DNA from: Desulfobacterales bacterium
GTDB taxonomy: Bacteria > Desulfobacterota > Desulfobacteria > Desulfobacterales > UBA2174
NCBI GenBank assembly: GCA_963668645.2
Contig: CAXXWC010000008.1
Location: forward strand, 110,153 to 174,152
Length of the DNA: 64,000 bases
Direction of reading: 5' to 3'
Each line of letters starts with the position of its first letter. Position 1 is the stretch's first letter. The position numbers and the translations under genes were made by a program. This document shows, piece by piece, positions 8,602 through 18,163 of this stretch. Below the pieces are notes generated by a model. That model ran no database searches, was not told where the DNA came from, and saw only the letters and a program-made list of their open reading frames with translations.

Positions 8602-8780
8602 GCTCGCTACCTGTTTTCTCTGCGTTGGGTGTCAGTTCTATAACGAAAATTCAGAGGCTGCTGCAAACGGGTGGATCGCAGCCATTTTGACCGGGGCCTA
8701 ACGCCCTTGATGCGCCCGCGGCGATTGCCTGCGGCGCACATCAAAGGGCGTACGCTTTGTTACGGATGTTTCCGGGTTTC

Positions 8781-10013
8781 CTATCGGTCCTTCCAGGCCG
8801 GAATGGGATAGACGATCTTGCCGGTGGCCACGTCCTCCGGAAATAACAGAACGAGGCGCTGCTTGCCGTCCTTTTTCTGAACCTGGGTGACGATGAAAGG
8901 CATGAGCAACTGTTTGCCGGCATCATCGATCTGATAGGGCCCGGTCATAACCGTTACTTTGCTCGAAAGGTCCAAAGCGGCCTTTTTCAGCGCTGCACCC
9001 TCCAGGGAGCCCGACTTTTCAATGAACAGTCCAAGCAGCACGCCGGCGCCATAGGAAAGGGAGGTCTGGAAGTCCGGGGGATTTTCCGCATTGGGGAACT
9101 GCTTATCGAACACCTTTTCGAACTCGGCGCGGGACATGCCGGCGGTGACCTTCCAGTTCAAATTTTCATGATAGAGGGTGTGCCCGAAGATATACAGACC
9201 GTCGTCTCCAAGGTCTCCCCACTGCGGCATGCCTGAATAGACCATGTAGGTGTAGGGAAAGGCCAGGTTGGCTTCCTTCATCTGCCGGATCATGATCTTT
9301 TGATCGTCCATGTAGGCAGAAGCATAAAAGCCGTCCGCACCGCTTGCCCGGACTTTTTGCAGTAGGATGGTGAAATCTTTGGTGCCCGGGGAGTACTTTT
9401 CGTAGGTCACCACTTGGATACCGTTTGCCTCTGCCAGGCGTTTGGCGTGCTTTGCCATGCCGGCGGGGAAGGGCTCGTCTACATAAACGACCGCCAGCTT
9501 CTTGATGCCCAATTTGGTCATGTGATCGACTTCGGGCTTGGGCATGAGCGATACCGGCGCCTCGGTGGCCGAAACGATGGTTTTGTACCCCTGCTCGTAG
9601 ATGCTGTCCGATGCCGCTGACCAGATGACCAGCATTTTGCCGTACTTCTCGGTGATGGCCGCTGCTGCGCCGGTCAGCGTTGAGCCGAAGGGAGCGAAGC
9701 AGACGTCGACCTTATCCTCGTTGATCAGTTTTTCATAAAGTTTGACCACGGTTTCCTTGTCGCTACGATCATCGTAGTAGACCAGCTTTACCGGAACTTT
9801 CTTGCCGCCGATCATCAAACCACCGTTCGCATTGATTTGATCGGCCCAGATAGTGACTCCCTTGAATCCCTGGGAGGATGCGAAGGTGTATTTTCCTGTC
9901 GTCGAAATGGTCAGTCCGATCTTGATTGCGTCTTTTGCCCCGGCCATGCCGGCCAGGGGTCCTGCCAGGACAAGTGCCAAAACGCCCATCAGAACAATCA
10001 GTTTCCTCATCAT
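8781..10013 (-). CDS. Liv-type (HAAT) ABC transporter substrate-binding protein
   Basis: Signal peptide, IKIG, INANGGL, YYDDRSD, LINEDKVD. Confidence 0.9.
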   Translation of the reverse strand: MMRKLIVLMGVLALVLAGPLAGMAGAKDAIKIGLTISTTGKYTFASSQGFKGVTIWADQINANGGLMIGGKKVPVKLVYYDDRSDKETVVKLYEKLINEDKVDVCFAPFGSTLTGAAAAITEKYGKMLVIWSAASDSIYEQGYKTIVSATEAPVSLMPKPEVDHMTKLGIKKLAVVYVDEPFPAGMAKHAKRLAEANGIQVVTYEKYSPGTKDFTILLQKVRASGADGFYASAYMDDQKIMIRQMKEANLAFPYTYMVYSGMPQWGDLGDDGLYIFGHTLYHENLNWKVTAGMSRAEFEKVFDKQFPNAENPPDFQTSLSYGAGVLLGLFIEKSGSLEGAALKKAALDLSSKVTVMTGPYQIDDAGKQLLMPFIVTQVQKKDGKQRLVLLFPEDVATGKIVYPIPAWKDR

Positions 10014-10065
10014 TTGTCCTCCTCCTCCTTGTTTTAGGTATGACGATCCATGATCGTGTGACGAA

Positions 10066-10788
10066 TCAGTTCAGCCAACTTTTGATCACTTCCTTGAGGC
10101 TGCCTTCAAAGTCCTGCCGGCTTCCATCGACCTTGTTTTTACCGAGCTCCAGAACATAAAGATGGTCAGAAATTTCAAAGGCCTGGCGCACCCGCTGATC
10201 TACCATCACGATGGAGATGTTTTCCGACTTGAGATCGAGCAGCGTCTGATAGATCTGTTTGGCGATACGCGGCGCCAGGGTCGCCGTGGGTTCGTCAAGA
10301 AGGCACACCTGGGGGCGGGTCAGCAGCGAGCGGCCGATCTCCAGGATCTTTTGCTGGCCGCCGCTTAAAAGCCCTGCGCTGATGTTCCGTTTTTCTCCGA
10401 GAACCGGAAACCGCTGGCAAACTTCGTCAATGGCGCGCTCGACGCGCTTTTTATCCTTTTTGAAGATCCAGGTTCCCAACTCGAGGTTTTCCCGGACGGT
10501 CAGATCCGGAAATATGCTGCGCAGCTGGGGCACGTATGCGATGCCCTTGCGGATAAATTCGTGCACCTTGAGGCCGGTAACGGGCTTGCCGTGAAAGCAG
10601 ACCGTTCCGGTTTTCGGTTTGAGCAGTCCGTAAAGAGTCTTGAGCAAGGTCGATTTGCCGGCGCCGTTCGGGCCGATGATGGTCGTCACCTTTCCCCTCG
10701 CGGCTTCGAACGAGACGTCCTTTAAGATGTTGATGTCTCCATAATAGGAAACGGTCAGGTTTGCCGCTTGAATGATGGTCATGGTCAA
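10066..10788 (-). CDS. LivF-like ABC ATP-binding protein
   Basis: GPNGAGKST, LSGGQQK, LLDEPT. Confidence 0.92.
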   Translation of the reverse strand: MTMTIIQAANLTVSYYGDINILKDVSFEAARGKVTTIIGPNGAGKSTLLKTLYGLLKPKTGTVCFHGKPVTGLKVHEFIRKGIAYVPQLRSIFPDLTVRENLELGTWIFKKDKKRVERAIDEVCQRFPVLGEKRNISAGLLSGGQQKILEIGRSLLTRPQVCLLDEPTATLAPRIAKQIYQTLLDLKSENISIVMVDQRVRQAFEISDHLYVLELGKNKVDGSRQDFEGSLKEVIKSWLN

Positions 10789-11498
10789 TTTCCCAGGTAG
10801 GCTTCGATCACCCGCTCGTCGTTTTTGATCTCCTGCTCTCCACCTTTGGCAATGATTTTGCCAAGATCAAAAACGAAAATTTCATCCGAGAGCGTGTAAA
10901 CCGACTGCATGTCATGGCTGATGAGTACGAAGGTTTTACCGCGACGCTGAAGCTCACGGATTTGATCGTAAAACAGCTCCTTGAGCTCTGGATGGACTCC
11001 GGCAAACGGCTCATCCAGCAAAATCAGGTCGAAATCGGCGATCCAGGCCCGGAGCAGTTCGAGCAGTTTCTGCTGTCCGCCGGAAAGCTCTCCCCCGAGG
11101 CTCTCGGCCAAGTGTCCCATTCCGACGCCTTCCAGCAGATCAACGGCTTTTTCACGAAGAACGGATGTTTTCGTTTTGGAGCCCAGTACCGGTGCCAGGA
11201 TGTTGTCGACAACGGATATTTTCTTGAAAGTCCTGGCCACCTGAAAGGTCCGGCCGATGCCGAGCCTGGCGATTTCGTGGGGTTTGCGGCCCTGGATAGG
11301 CCGTCCGCGATAGGCAATTGCCCCCTTTTCCGGTTCGTAAATGCCGTTGATGCAGTTGAGAAACGTCGTTTTTCCCGAGCCGTTGGGCCCGATCACCGCA
11401 AGTATCGAGTTTTCTTTCACCGCCAGACTGATGTCGTCCAGCGCCTTCAGGCCCCCGAAGGATTTCTCGATATTTTTGATTGATAGCAAAGCATCCAT
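10785..11498 (-). CDS. LivG-like ABC ATP-binding protein
   Basis: FGGLKAL, GPNGSGKTT, GRTFQ, LLDEPFAG, VIEAYLG. Confidence 0.92.
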   Translation of the reverse strand: MDALLSIKNIEKSFGGLKALDDISLAVKENSILAVIGPNGSGKTTFLNCINGIYEPEKGAIAYRGRPIQGRKPHEIARLGIGRTFQVARTFKKISVVDNILAPVLGSKTKTSVLREKAVDLLEGVGMGHLAESLGGELSGGQQKLLELLRAWIADFDLILLDEPFAGVHPELKELFYDQIRELQRRGKTFVLISHDMQSVYTLSDEIFVFDLGKIIAKGGEQEIKNDERVIEAYLGN

Positions 11499-11516
11499 TT
11501 TGTCTCTCGAATCGTG

Positions 11517-12401
11517 TTAGACCCGCGTTGATACCTTTCCCAGAATTCCTTGGGGGCGCACCATGACCATGGCGATCAGGATGACAAAGGCGACCACCGG
11601 AGACAGGGCTACCGGCAAAAAGACGGCGCTGAGACTCTCGGCCAAACCGTAAATCAGGCCGCCGAGTACAGCGCCCAGGGGGGTCCCCAAACCACCGAGT
11701 ACGATCACGAGAAAGGCGATATTGGTATAACTCTGTCCCAGTACCGGGGTAATGGCCGGAAAGCTCATGGTCACCAGGCAGCCGGAGATGGCGACAATGG
11801 CCAGCCCGAGACCGAACACCAGCGACGATACCCGATGAACGTCGATGCCCAGAATGGAAACTGCATTGCGGTCTTCGATGATGGCACGCACGGCCTTGCC
11901 CGTGTAAGTGCGATAGAGAAAGTAGCTGATGACTCCGATCGCGGCTATACAGATCAACGCGCTGGCCAGCCTGCCGGTGGATAGAAATATCGGGCCGATA
12001 AAGATGGACACACGTTCGAACGGCAGGGGGATACTTCTTGGATCGGCCTTCCAAATCAGCAAGATTATGGAGGTGATGACCAGCGAGACTCCGAAAAAGG
12101 TCAAAAAGGAGGCGACCTCTGGATCTTCGGCCTGCTGAATCCGTGAATATAGAAGACCATGCAACACCATCCCCAGCAGAAAGAAAAGCGGCAGTATGAT
12201 CACGATGGCCTGAAGTGAAGAAAGGCCCCAGTGACGGTTCAGGGTGAACGCCAGGTATGCGCCCAGCATCATGAACTCGCCGTGGGCAAAATTCACGATC
12301 CGCATCACGCCGTATAGTATGTTCATCCCGATGCCGATAAGGCCGTATATGATGCCCATCAGCAACCCGGAAACGACTGCCATAAGAATCAGTTCTGACA
12401 T
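11517..12401 (-). CDS. LivH-like ABC permease
   Basis: GVMRIVNFAHGE, VLGGLG, RPQGILG. Confidence 0.92.
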   Translation of the reverse strand: MSELILMAVVSGLLMGIIYGLIGIGMNILYGVMRIVNFAHGEFMMLGAYLAFTLNRHWGLSSLQAIVIILPLFFLLGMVLHGLLYSRIQQAEDPEVASFLTFFGVSLVITSIILLIWKADPRSIPLPFERVSIFIGPIFLSTGRLASALICIAAIGVISYFLYRTYTGKAVRAIIEDRNAVSILGIDVHRVSSLVFGLGLAIVAISGCLVTMSFPAITPVLGQSYTNIAFLVIVLGGLGTPLGAVLGGLIYGLAESLSAVFLPVALSPVVAFVILIAMVMVRPQGILGKVSTRV

Positions 12402-12419
12402 AATCTTCTCCTGCGAGCG

Positions 12420-13349
12420 CTACTCGATGGTCTGTCTGAGCCGGGGCCAGCGATGTACAAGAGTTCCGACCACACCCCGGGGCAGAAATAGAATCAGGAA
12501 GATAATGGCCAGACCAAGAACCAGCAGGTTTAGCAGGGGAAATCTCCCCCAGATGAAATCATCCAGGCCGTACATGAAAGCAGCCCCGAAAATGGGGCCG
12601 ATAATGGTTCCCAAGCCCCCGAACATGGCATAGACAATGGCTTTGGCGGTGGTGAGCATGTTGAAGGAGGTGTCTGGATCCACGATGGCCGTGAACCATG
12701 CCTCGATACCGCCGGCAAGTGCCGGTATCGCGGCCGACAACATCCATGCCTTGAGCCTGCTCAAAGAGACGTTGATGCCCATGACGGCGGCAGCCGCTTC
12801 GTCGTCGCGGATACACCGCAGGGCGATTCCCAGTCTCGATCGCGACAGCCACATCGCCACCAGTACGCTGATTACCGTCAATGCCAGCATGAAGTAGTAG
12901 CTCATCAGCGGCTTGTAAGCGCCTGACATGCTGATGCCAAAGCTTCCCCCGGCCCATGCTTCGGGCAGGTTGGCCACAACGATGCGCAGCACCATGGCCG
13001 ATGAAAAATTGACGATGGCAAAGTAGATGCCTTTGAGTCGGAGGGTCGGGGCAAAGACCAGCGACAGCAGGACACCCGCTGCGCCCGAGCAGAGGATGGC
13101 CAGGGGAACCGGCATCCCCAGGCGGCTCCACAGCACGGCGGTCACATAGGTTCCCACGCCATAGAACATCACGTAGCCGAACGGCAGGTATCCGACAAAA
13201 CCGTAAATGATGTTGAAGGCGCTCGCCATGGTGATCCAGAACATCATGTAGAAAAAATACGGCCTGGAAAACGGCAGCACAGGGACCGTGGCGAGAAACA
13301 ACGCGGCAATCAGGACGGTGGTAAGGGTGATTTTCCCAGAATTTCGCAT
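12420..13349 (-). CDS. LivM-like ABC permease
   Basis: LRLKGIYFAI, IRDDEAAAAVMG, LPRGVVG; probable ATG at 13349. Confidence 0.9.
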   Translation of the reverse strand: MRNSGKITLTTVLIAALFLATVPVLPFSRPYFFYMMFWITMASAFNIIYGFVGYLPFGYVMFYGVGTYVTAVLWSRLGMPVPLAILCSGAAGVLLSLVFAPTLRLKGIYFAIVNFSSAMVLRIVVANLPEAWAGGSFGISMSGAYKPLMSYYFMLALTVISVLVAMWLSRSRLGIALRCIRDDEAAAAVMGINVSLSRLKAWMLSAAIPALAGGIEAWFTAIVDPDTSFNMLTTAKAIVYAMFGGLGTIIGPIFGAAFMYGLDDFIWGRFPLLNLLVLGLAIIFLILFLPRGVVGTLVHRWPRLRQTIE

Positions 13350-13516
13350 AGTATAGAATTCTTGTGCCGACAGGTGGCGTGTGGAGGATCCGTGCTGTTC
13401 ATTCCTTGCTCTGCCGACCGTGAAACAGCAACCGGGCGGATGCATCTCGCCGGCCGGAGCGATGGTGGAAAACGGCCGCCGCTCCGGCTGGCGCATGCCC
13501 TAAAATTCAACGGTGA

Positions 13517-14839
13517 TCAGACATCGACATATTTTTCGAGCTCCCACGGATGTACCGTGGTGGTGAATTCGGCGACTTCCTTGCGTTTAAAGGCGAGGAA
13601 TGTCCGTGTAAACGTATCGCCGAAGGCGGCCCGCAGCACTTCGTCGGCTTCGAACGCATCCAGGGCTTCCTTCAGATCGGCAGGAAGATTTTCGATGCCC
13701 CGCGCCTGCTTTTCTTTCGGTGTGAGCTCATAGATGTTGTCGTTGATGAAATCTGGCGGCGTGAGCTTTTTCCTGACTCCGTCAAGACCGGCGGCCAGCA
13801 AGGCGGCGTAGGCCAGGTACGGGTTGCAGCTCGAATCCGGATTGCGCGTTTCCACCCTCATGGCCTTGGGATTGCCCGCTGGAATGCGAAGCAGGCTCGA
13901 TCGGTTGCCGAAACCCCAGGAAATGTACACCGGGGCCTCCCAGCCTGGGACCAGCCGCTTGTAGGAGTTGACCGAAGGATTGGTGATACCGGCCAGACCC
14001 CGTGCGTGCACCAAAAGCCCTGCGATAAACTGTCTGGCGATGTCGGACAGGTTCTGGTCCCGGTTCCGGTCGTAAAACAGGTTTTCTCCTGAAGTGCTGT
14101 CTTTAAGGTTCAGATGCACATGCATACCGCAGCCGTAGGTCCAGATGAAGGGCTTGGGCATGAACGAGGCGATCAGCCCTCTTTGGGCGGCCAGGTACTT
14201 GACCACCTGGCGATAGGTCATGGTGTGGTCGGCGATCTGCAGGCAGTCGCCGTAGGCAAAGGTGATTTCGTGCTTGCCGTTGGGCACCTCGTGGTGGCTT
14301 TTTTCGGTTATCATACCCACCGAATCGAGGGCTCGGCTGATGTCCTTGCGAAATTCGCACCCTTTATCGTAAGGCGGAATATCGAAATAGGTTGCCCGGT
14401 CATTGGGGATATGCTGGCCATTTTCATCCTTTTCCAACAGGAAGAACTCGATCTCCGGCGCCAGCATAAAGTCCCATTCCTGACCGAACTCGGATTTCAT
14501 TTCGGTCACCATCTTTTTGAGCAGGCACCTGGGGTCGGCCTCAAACGGTGCGCTCCCGGATCCGTCCAACACGTCGCAGATGAATCGTGCCGTACGGTTT
14601 TCCTCCTTGCCCCAGGGCAGGACCTGGTAGGTGGACAGGTCCGGTTTCAACGTCAGGTCGCTCTGGTTGACCGGAACATACCTGCACGAGGATCCGTCAA
14701 AGCCGACGCCGTCTGTCAGCAGGGCTTCCACCTTGCGTGCCGGGTGAATCAGCTGGCGGATTTTTCCGTCAATGGTTGTGAATTGAAAGTTGATAAACCG
14801 GATATTATCCCGCTCCATTTTCTCGATAAGATCCTGCAT
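13517..14839 (-). CDS. Glutamine synthetase family protein (GSI-alpha-like, 440 aa)
   Basis: [61 protein letters not shown]. Confidence 0.92.
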   Translation of the reverse strand: MQDLIEKMERDNIRFINFQFTTIDGKIRQLIHPARKVEALLTDGVGFDGSSCRYVPVNQSDLTLKPDLSTYQVLPWGKEENRTARFICDVLDGSGSAPFEADPRCLLKKMVTEMKSEFGQEWDFMLAPEIEFFLLEKDENGQHIPNDRATYFDIPPYDKGCEFRKDISRALDSVGMITEKSHHEVPNGKHEITFAYGDCLQIADHTMTYRQVVKYLAAQRGLIASFMPKPFIWTYGCGMHVHLNLKDSTSGENLFYDRNRDQNLSDIARQFIAGLLVHARGLAGITNPSVNSYKRLVPGWEAPVYISWGFGNRSSLLRIPAGNPKAMRVETRNPDSSCNPYLAYAALLAAGLDGVRKKLTPPDFINDNIYELTPKEKQARGIENLPADLKEALDAFEADEVLRAAFGDTFTRTFLAFKRKEVAEFTTTVHPWELEKYVDV

Positions 14840-14854
14840 GGTCAGTCAGCCTCC

Positions 14855-16120
14855 CTATTGCTGGTCGAGTAATAAAAGCGCCTTGAAAAGGCATTTGGCG
14901 CCTTTGAGAATGCTTTGAGTATCGGTGAATTCTTCAGGGCAATGGCTCAAGCCGTTGCGGCATGGGATGAAAATCATCCCCGCCTTGCAGATGCGGCCGA
15001 CGTGGGCGGCATCGTGGCCGGCCATGCTGACTTCGTTCAACGTGGCCAAGCCGAGCCAGTCGGATGATTCAGCGATGGCCCGGGTCACCACAGGGGAGAA
15101 ATGGATCGGCTTGCTGTCGTAGGTCACCTTGCGTTCGATCCTGACTCCCCGGCTGGCGCGCACCCCATCGATGCAGCCGGCGACCTTGTCGATGATGCGG
15201 GCGATGCGTTCCGGATAAAAGCTGCGCACCTCCAGATCCAGTACGACCTGCTCTGGAGTGATGTTAATGGAGTTGGGAAAGACGGTGATGTGGCCTACGG
15301 TGCCGACGGCCTGGTCGCCTTCTTCACGGGCTGCCACCTCAAGCCCCAGGATGATCTGCGAAGCGGCGCAAAGGGCGTCTTTTCTCGCTGCCATGGGCGT
15401 TGTGCCGCAGTGGCTGGCGATGCCGGTCACCGTGACCGTTTCACGGTAGATGCCGGTAACCCCCTCGACGATGCCGATATCCTTCTTTTCCCGTTCCAGG
15501 TACGGTTGCTGCTCGATATGAAGCTCGACGAAATACTTGATCTCACCTTCGCGCCGAACTGCTTCCGCCATCCGGTCAAGATCGCCGCCGATGTTTTTCA
15601 GGGCGCTGGGCAGATCGTTGCCGGCATCGTCGCGCAGCGATTCCACATCGGCTTTTTTCAGGATGCCGGCCATGCCCCGGCTGCCGAAAGTGGAAATCCC
15701 AAAGGTGTTCGGCTCCTCGGAGGCCAGCACACAAAGTTCGAACGGGTGTTCGGTCTCGATGCCAAGCAGATCCAGCGCGCGGAAAGCCTCCAGTGAGCTG
15801 AAGACGCCGGCCGGACCGTCGAATTTTCCGCCATTGCGCACCGAGTCCAGATGGGACCCGGTCATGATTACCGGCCAGTCGGGATGCCGGCCTTCCCGGC
15901 GGGCGAAGATGTTGCCGAGCGGATCGGAGCGGATCTGCAGGTTGAACTCATCTTGGAGAATTTTTACACAGGTCTCGCGGGCCTCGCGGTCTTCATTGCT
16001 GAAAGCCAGCCGGGTAACCCCGCCGGATGGGTCGTGTCCGATGGCCGCAAAAGCCTCGATTAGCTTCGACATGCGATTTTTGTCAAAGCAGCGGTTGCTA
16101 TCCAGGTCGGATTGTTTCAT
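14855..16120 (-). CDS. M20 Zn-dependent amidohydrolase (allantoate amidohydrolase/N-carbamoylase family)
   Basis: GSHLDSV..GGKFDG, SEEP, ELHIEQ, HCGTTPM, AGHDA, SHCPEE. Confidence 0.93.
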   Translation of the reverse strand: MKQSDLDSNRCFDKNRMSKLIEAFAAIGHDPSGGVTRLAFSNEDREARETCVKILQDEFNLQIRSDPLGNIFARREGRHPDWPVIMTGSHLDSVRNGGKFDGPAGVFSSLEAFRALDLLGIETEHPFELCVLASEEPNTFGISTFGSRGMAGILKKADVESLRDDAGNDLPSALKNIGGDLDRMAEAVRREGEIKYFVELHIEQQPYLEREKKDIGIVEGVTGIYRETVTVTGIASHCGTTPMAARKDALCAASQIILGLEVAAREEGDQAVGTVGHITVFPNSINITPEQVVLDLEVRSFYPERIARIIDKVAGCIDGVRASRGVRIERKVTYDSKPIHFSPVVTRAIAESSDWLGLATLNEVSMAGHDAAHVGRICKAGMIFIPCRNGLSHCPEEFTDTQSILKGAKCLFKALLLLDQQ

Positions 16121-16149
16121 TCACTTGTCCTGATACAGAAGTCTATGGG

Positions 16150-17004
16150 TTACAGAAAAATTCCGATTTCCCGGACCAGCTTCTCGAACTGGCGTGAAAG
16201 CTCCTCGGACTCTTTCCGGTTGTTCGTCCCCACACGTTTCACCACCATGTTAAACAAGCAGAATGCCGAACCGTAGGAATCGAAGATCGTGCTGAAGGTG
16301 ATGGGGATCACCAGGGTCGTGCCGGCCAATTTGGCCAGGGGGGAATCGATGCGGTCCGTGATGCCGAATACCGTCGCTTCGGATTTTCGGCAAAACCGGA
16401 CAACATCAATAGTTTCTCGTGGGTATCGGGGAAAGGCGACGGCGATAATCAGGTCATCCTTTCCCAGCCCGAGCAATTTGTCATAAACGCTGGTGGCGCC
16501 GCAGGTGATGGATGTGACGTTGGTTTTCACTTTGCCGAGGAAGTAGGCAAAGTACTGGGCCAGAGAGGCCGACCCCCGTGCGCCGACGATGAAAACACGC
16601 CTGCATGCGCAGATCCGGGCGACCAGATCGTCGAACTGCTGATGGGGGAATGTGTGGGCCAGGTGGTCAAGTGTTTGAATCTCCTTGGAGATAATGTCGA
16701 ATTCGACGATTTCGCTGTTTTCTCTTTCCCCCAGGCTCAGGCGCAGTCGTTCCGTTGAAGTCAGTTCGGCTTTCAGCAGATCCTGAAGCGCCTCCGCGAA
16801 TGCAGCGAACTGACCGAAGCCGAGGAACTGGGAAAAGCGGATTACCGTCGGCTGGCTCACCCCGATTTCTTTGGCCATCTGGGTGGCGGTGAGAAAGGCG
16901 GCTCGCGCATGATGATCCAGGATATAGGTAGCGATTTTGGCCTGCTGCTGAGAAAATTCCCCCTGACGTTGTTTGATCATCTGCAGGATGTTTTTTTCAG
17001 CCAA
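16150..17004 (-). CDS. MurR/RpiR family transcriptional regulator
   Basis: HTH VSQPTVIRF plus SIS domain (AFPRYPRET, ITDRIDSPLA); TTG start with aggagg SD. Confidence 0.92.
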   Translation of the reverse strand: MAEKNILQMIKQRQGEFSQQQAKIATYILDHHARAAFLTATQMAKEIGVSQPTVIRFSQFLGFGQFAAFAEALQDLLKAELTSTERLRLSLGERENSEIVEFDIISKEIQTLDHLAHTFPHQQFDDLVARICACRRVFIVGARGSASLAQYFAYFLGKVKTNVTSITCGATSVYDKLLGLGKDDLIIAVAFPRYPRETIDVVRFCRKSEATVFGITDRIDSPLAKLAGTTLVIPITFSTIFDSYGSAFCLFNMVVKRVGTNNRKESEELSRQFEKLVREIGIFL

Positions 17005-17024
17005 GGTGGCCTCCTGTGAGGGCG

Positions 17025-17043
17025 TGAAGAATAATATTCATCA
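17025..17043. promoter_or_regulatory. Candidate RpiR operator (imperfect palindrome)
   Basis: TGAAGAATA-A-TATTCATCA, one mismatch, between the promoter and the rpiR start. Confidence 0.45.
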
Positions 17044-17059
17044 TATACACAATAAGAAG

Positions 17060-17089
17060 ACTTTACTTCGTCGCGACCGGGCCTGTCAA
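17060..17089 (-). promoter_or_regulatory. sigma70-type promoter of the rpiR operon
   Basis: Minus strand TTGACA-N18-TAAAGT. Confidence 0.6.
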
Positions 17090-17218
17090 CTCATAATCTC
17101 AAGCCGAGGCAACTCCTGGTCAAATCAGATAGAAAATCGGTGGATTGTATCCCGCGTTAGCGTGAATGGCAGCGCCAGACCACGGCACTGGGGAAAAGCG
17201 GTCGGATAATTGTTGCGG

Positions 17219-17929
17219 TCAGGGGCGTATCCACTTCAGAGCTTTGAGTGGAATCTGGCTCTGTTCGAGCTTGTGAATCAGGCCCGGCAGAAGGGTGTCC
17301 GCGTTTCCCTTGCAAAACAGGCGAAGGGAAATCCTGGCTGTTGTCGTCAGGGTTTCGTAATTGCGGTCTATGCCGATGGACGTGACCATAACCTGTTTGC
17401 TCTTTAGCATCTCGGCGACCTGATGGATGTCCACGTCGTTGTGGACCGTGATCAGCAAGTCCCGGTAGATGTCCTTGCGATAGAGCACCTCAAAGCGGCG
17501 CAAGGAGACAAGGGCGAACAAGGAGAGGGCTGTCGTGCAGCCGGCGACAAAATACATGCCGGCCCCGGCCGCCATGCCGATGGCCGCGGAAATCCACAGA
17601 CATGCCGCCGTGGTGAGGCCGACGACGGTAAATCCCCCTTTGAGGATGACGCCGGCTCCGAGAAAGCCGATGCCGGTGACAACCTGGGCCGCGATCCGCC
17701 CCGGATCCGTGACCTTGCTGAATCCGTCCGGCACGACGACGTCGAAGGTCGCAACATGCGTGGACAGGATGAAAAACAGGGCCGATCCGGCACTGACTAG
17801 CAGATGGGTGCGCAAACCGGCCTGCCGGCCGTGCATGTCACGTTCCAAGCCGAGGATGGCCCCCAACACCGCCGCCACGATGATCCGGAAAAGGAGTTCC
17901 AGATGTTCATGGGGTATGGCAAAATCCAT
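17219..17929 (-). CDS. MgtC/SapB family membrane protein
   Basis: GLER, AGLRTH, DPGRIAAQVVTGIGFLGAG, GLTTAA. Confidence 0.93.
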   Translation of the reverse strand: MDFAIPHEHLELLFRIIVAAVLGAILGLERDMHGRQAGLRTHLLVSAGSALFFILSTHVATFDVVVPDGFSKVTDPGRIAAQVVTGIGFLGAGVILKGGFTVVGLTTAACLWISAAIGMAAGAGMYFVAGCTTALSLFALVSLRRFEVLYRKDIYRDLLITVHNDVDIHQVAEMLKSKQVMVTSIGIDRNYETLTTTARISLRLFCKGNADTLLPGLIHKLEQSQIPLKALKWIRP

Positions 17930-18163
17930 CATTTCTCCTTTTTTCGAACTAGTGCTTCCGCAACTCTCGGTTTTTATGCCGGCATTCCGTTTTCCAGACT
18001 AATACGTTTCGGCTTGATGGGGAAGCGTTGATCGTCTCTTTTCCGTGGCCGCGACAGGGGCGGTGGTGTAAAAAAGAAAAAGGAACACGGACTCGCCAGC
18101 CGGTCAACACCCGATTGCACCCAGAACGCAAACCCGGCCCTAAGTTGAAAGGAAAACAACTCC

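Noticed and set aside
13448..13493. Intergenic hairpin between the GS gene and livM as a mobile or REP repeat
   Set aside because: Single copy in the window with no T-tract; at most an mRNA stability element.
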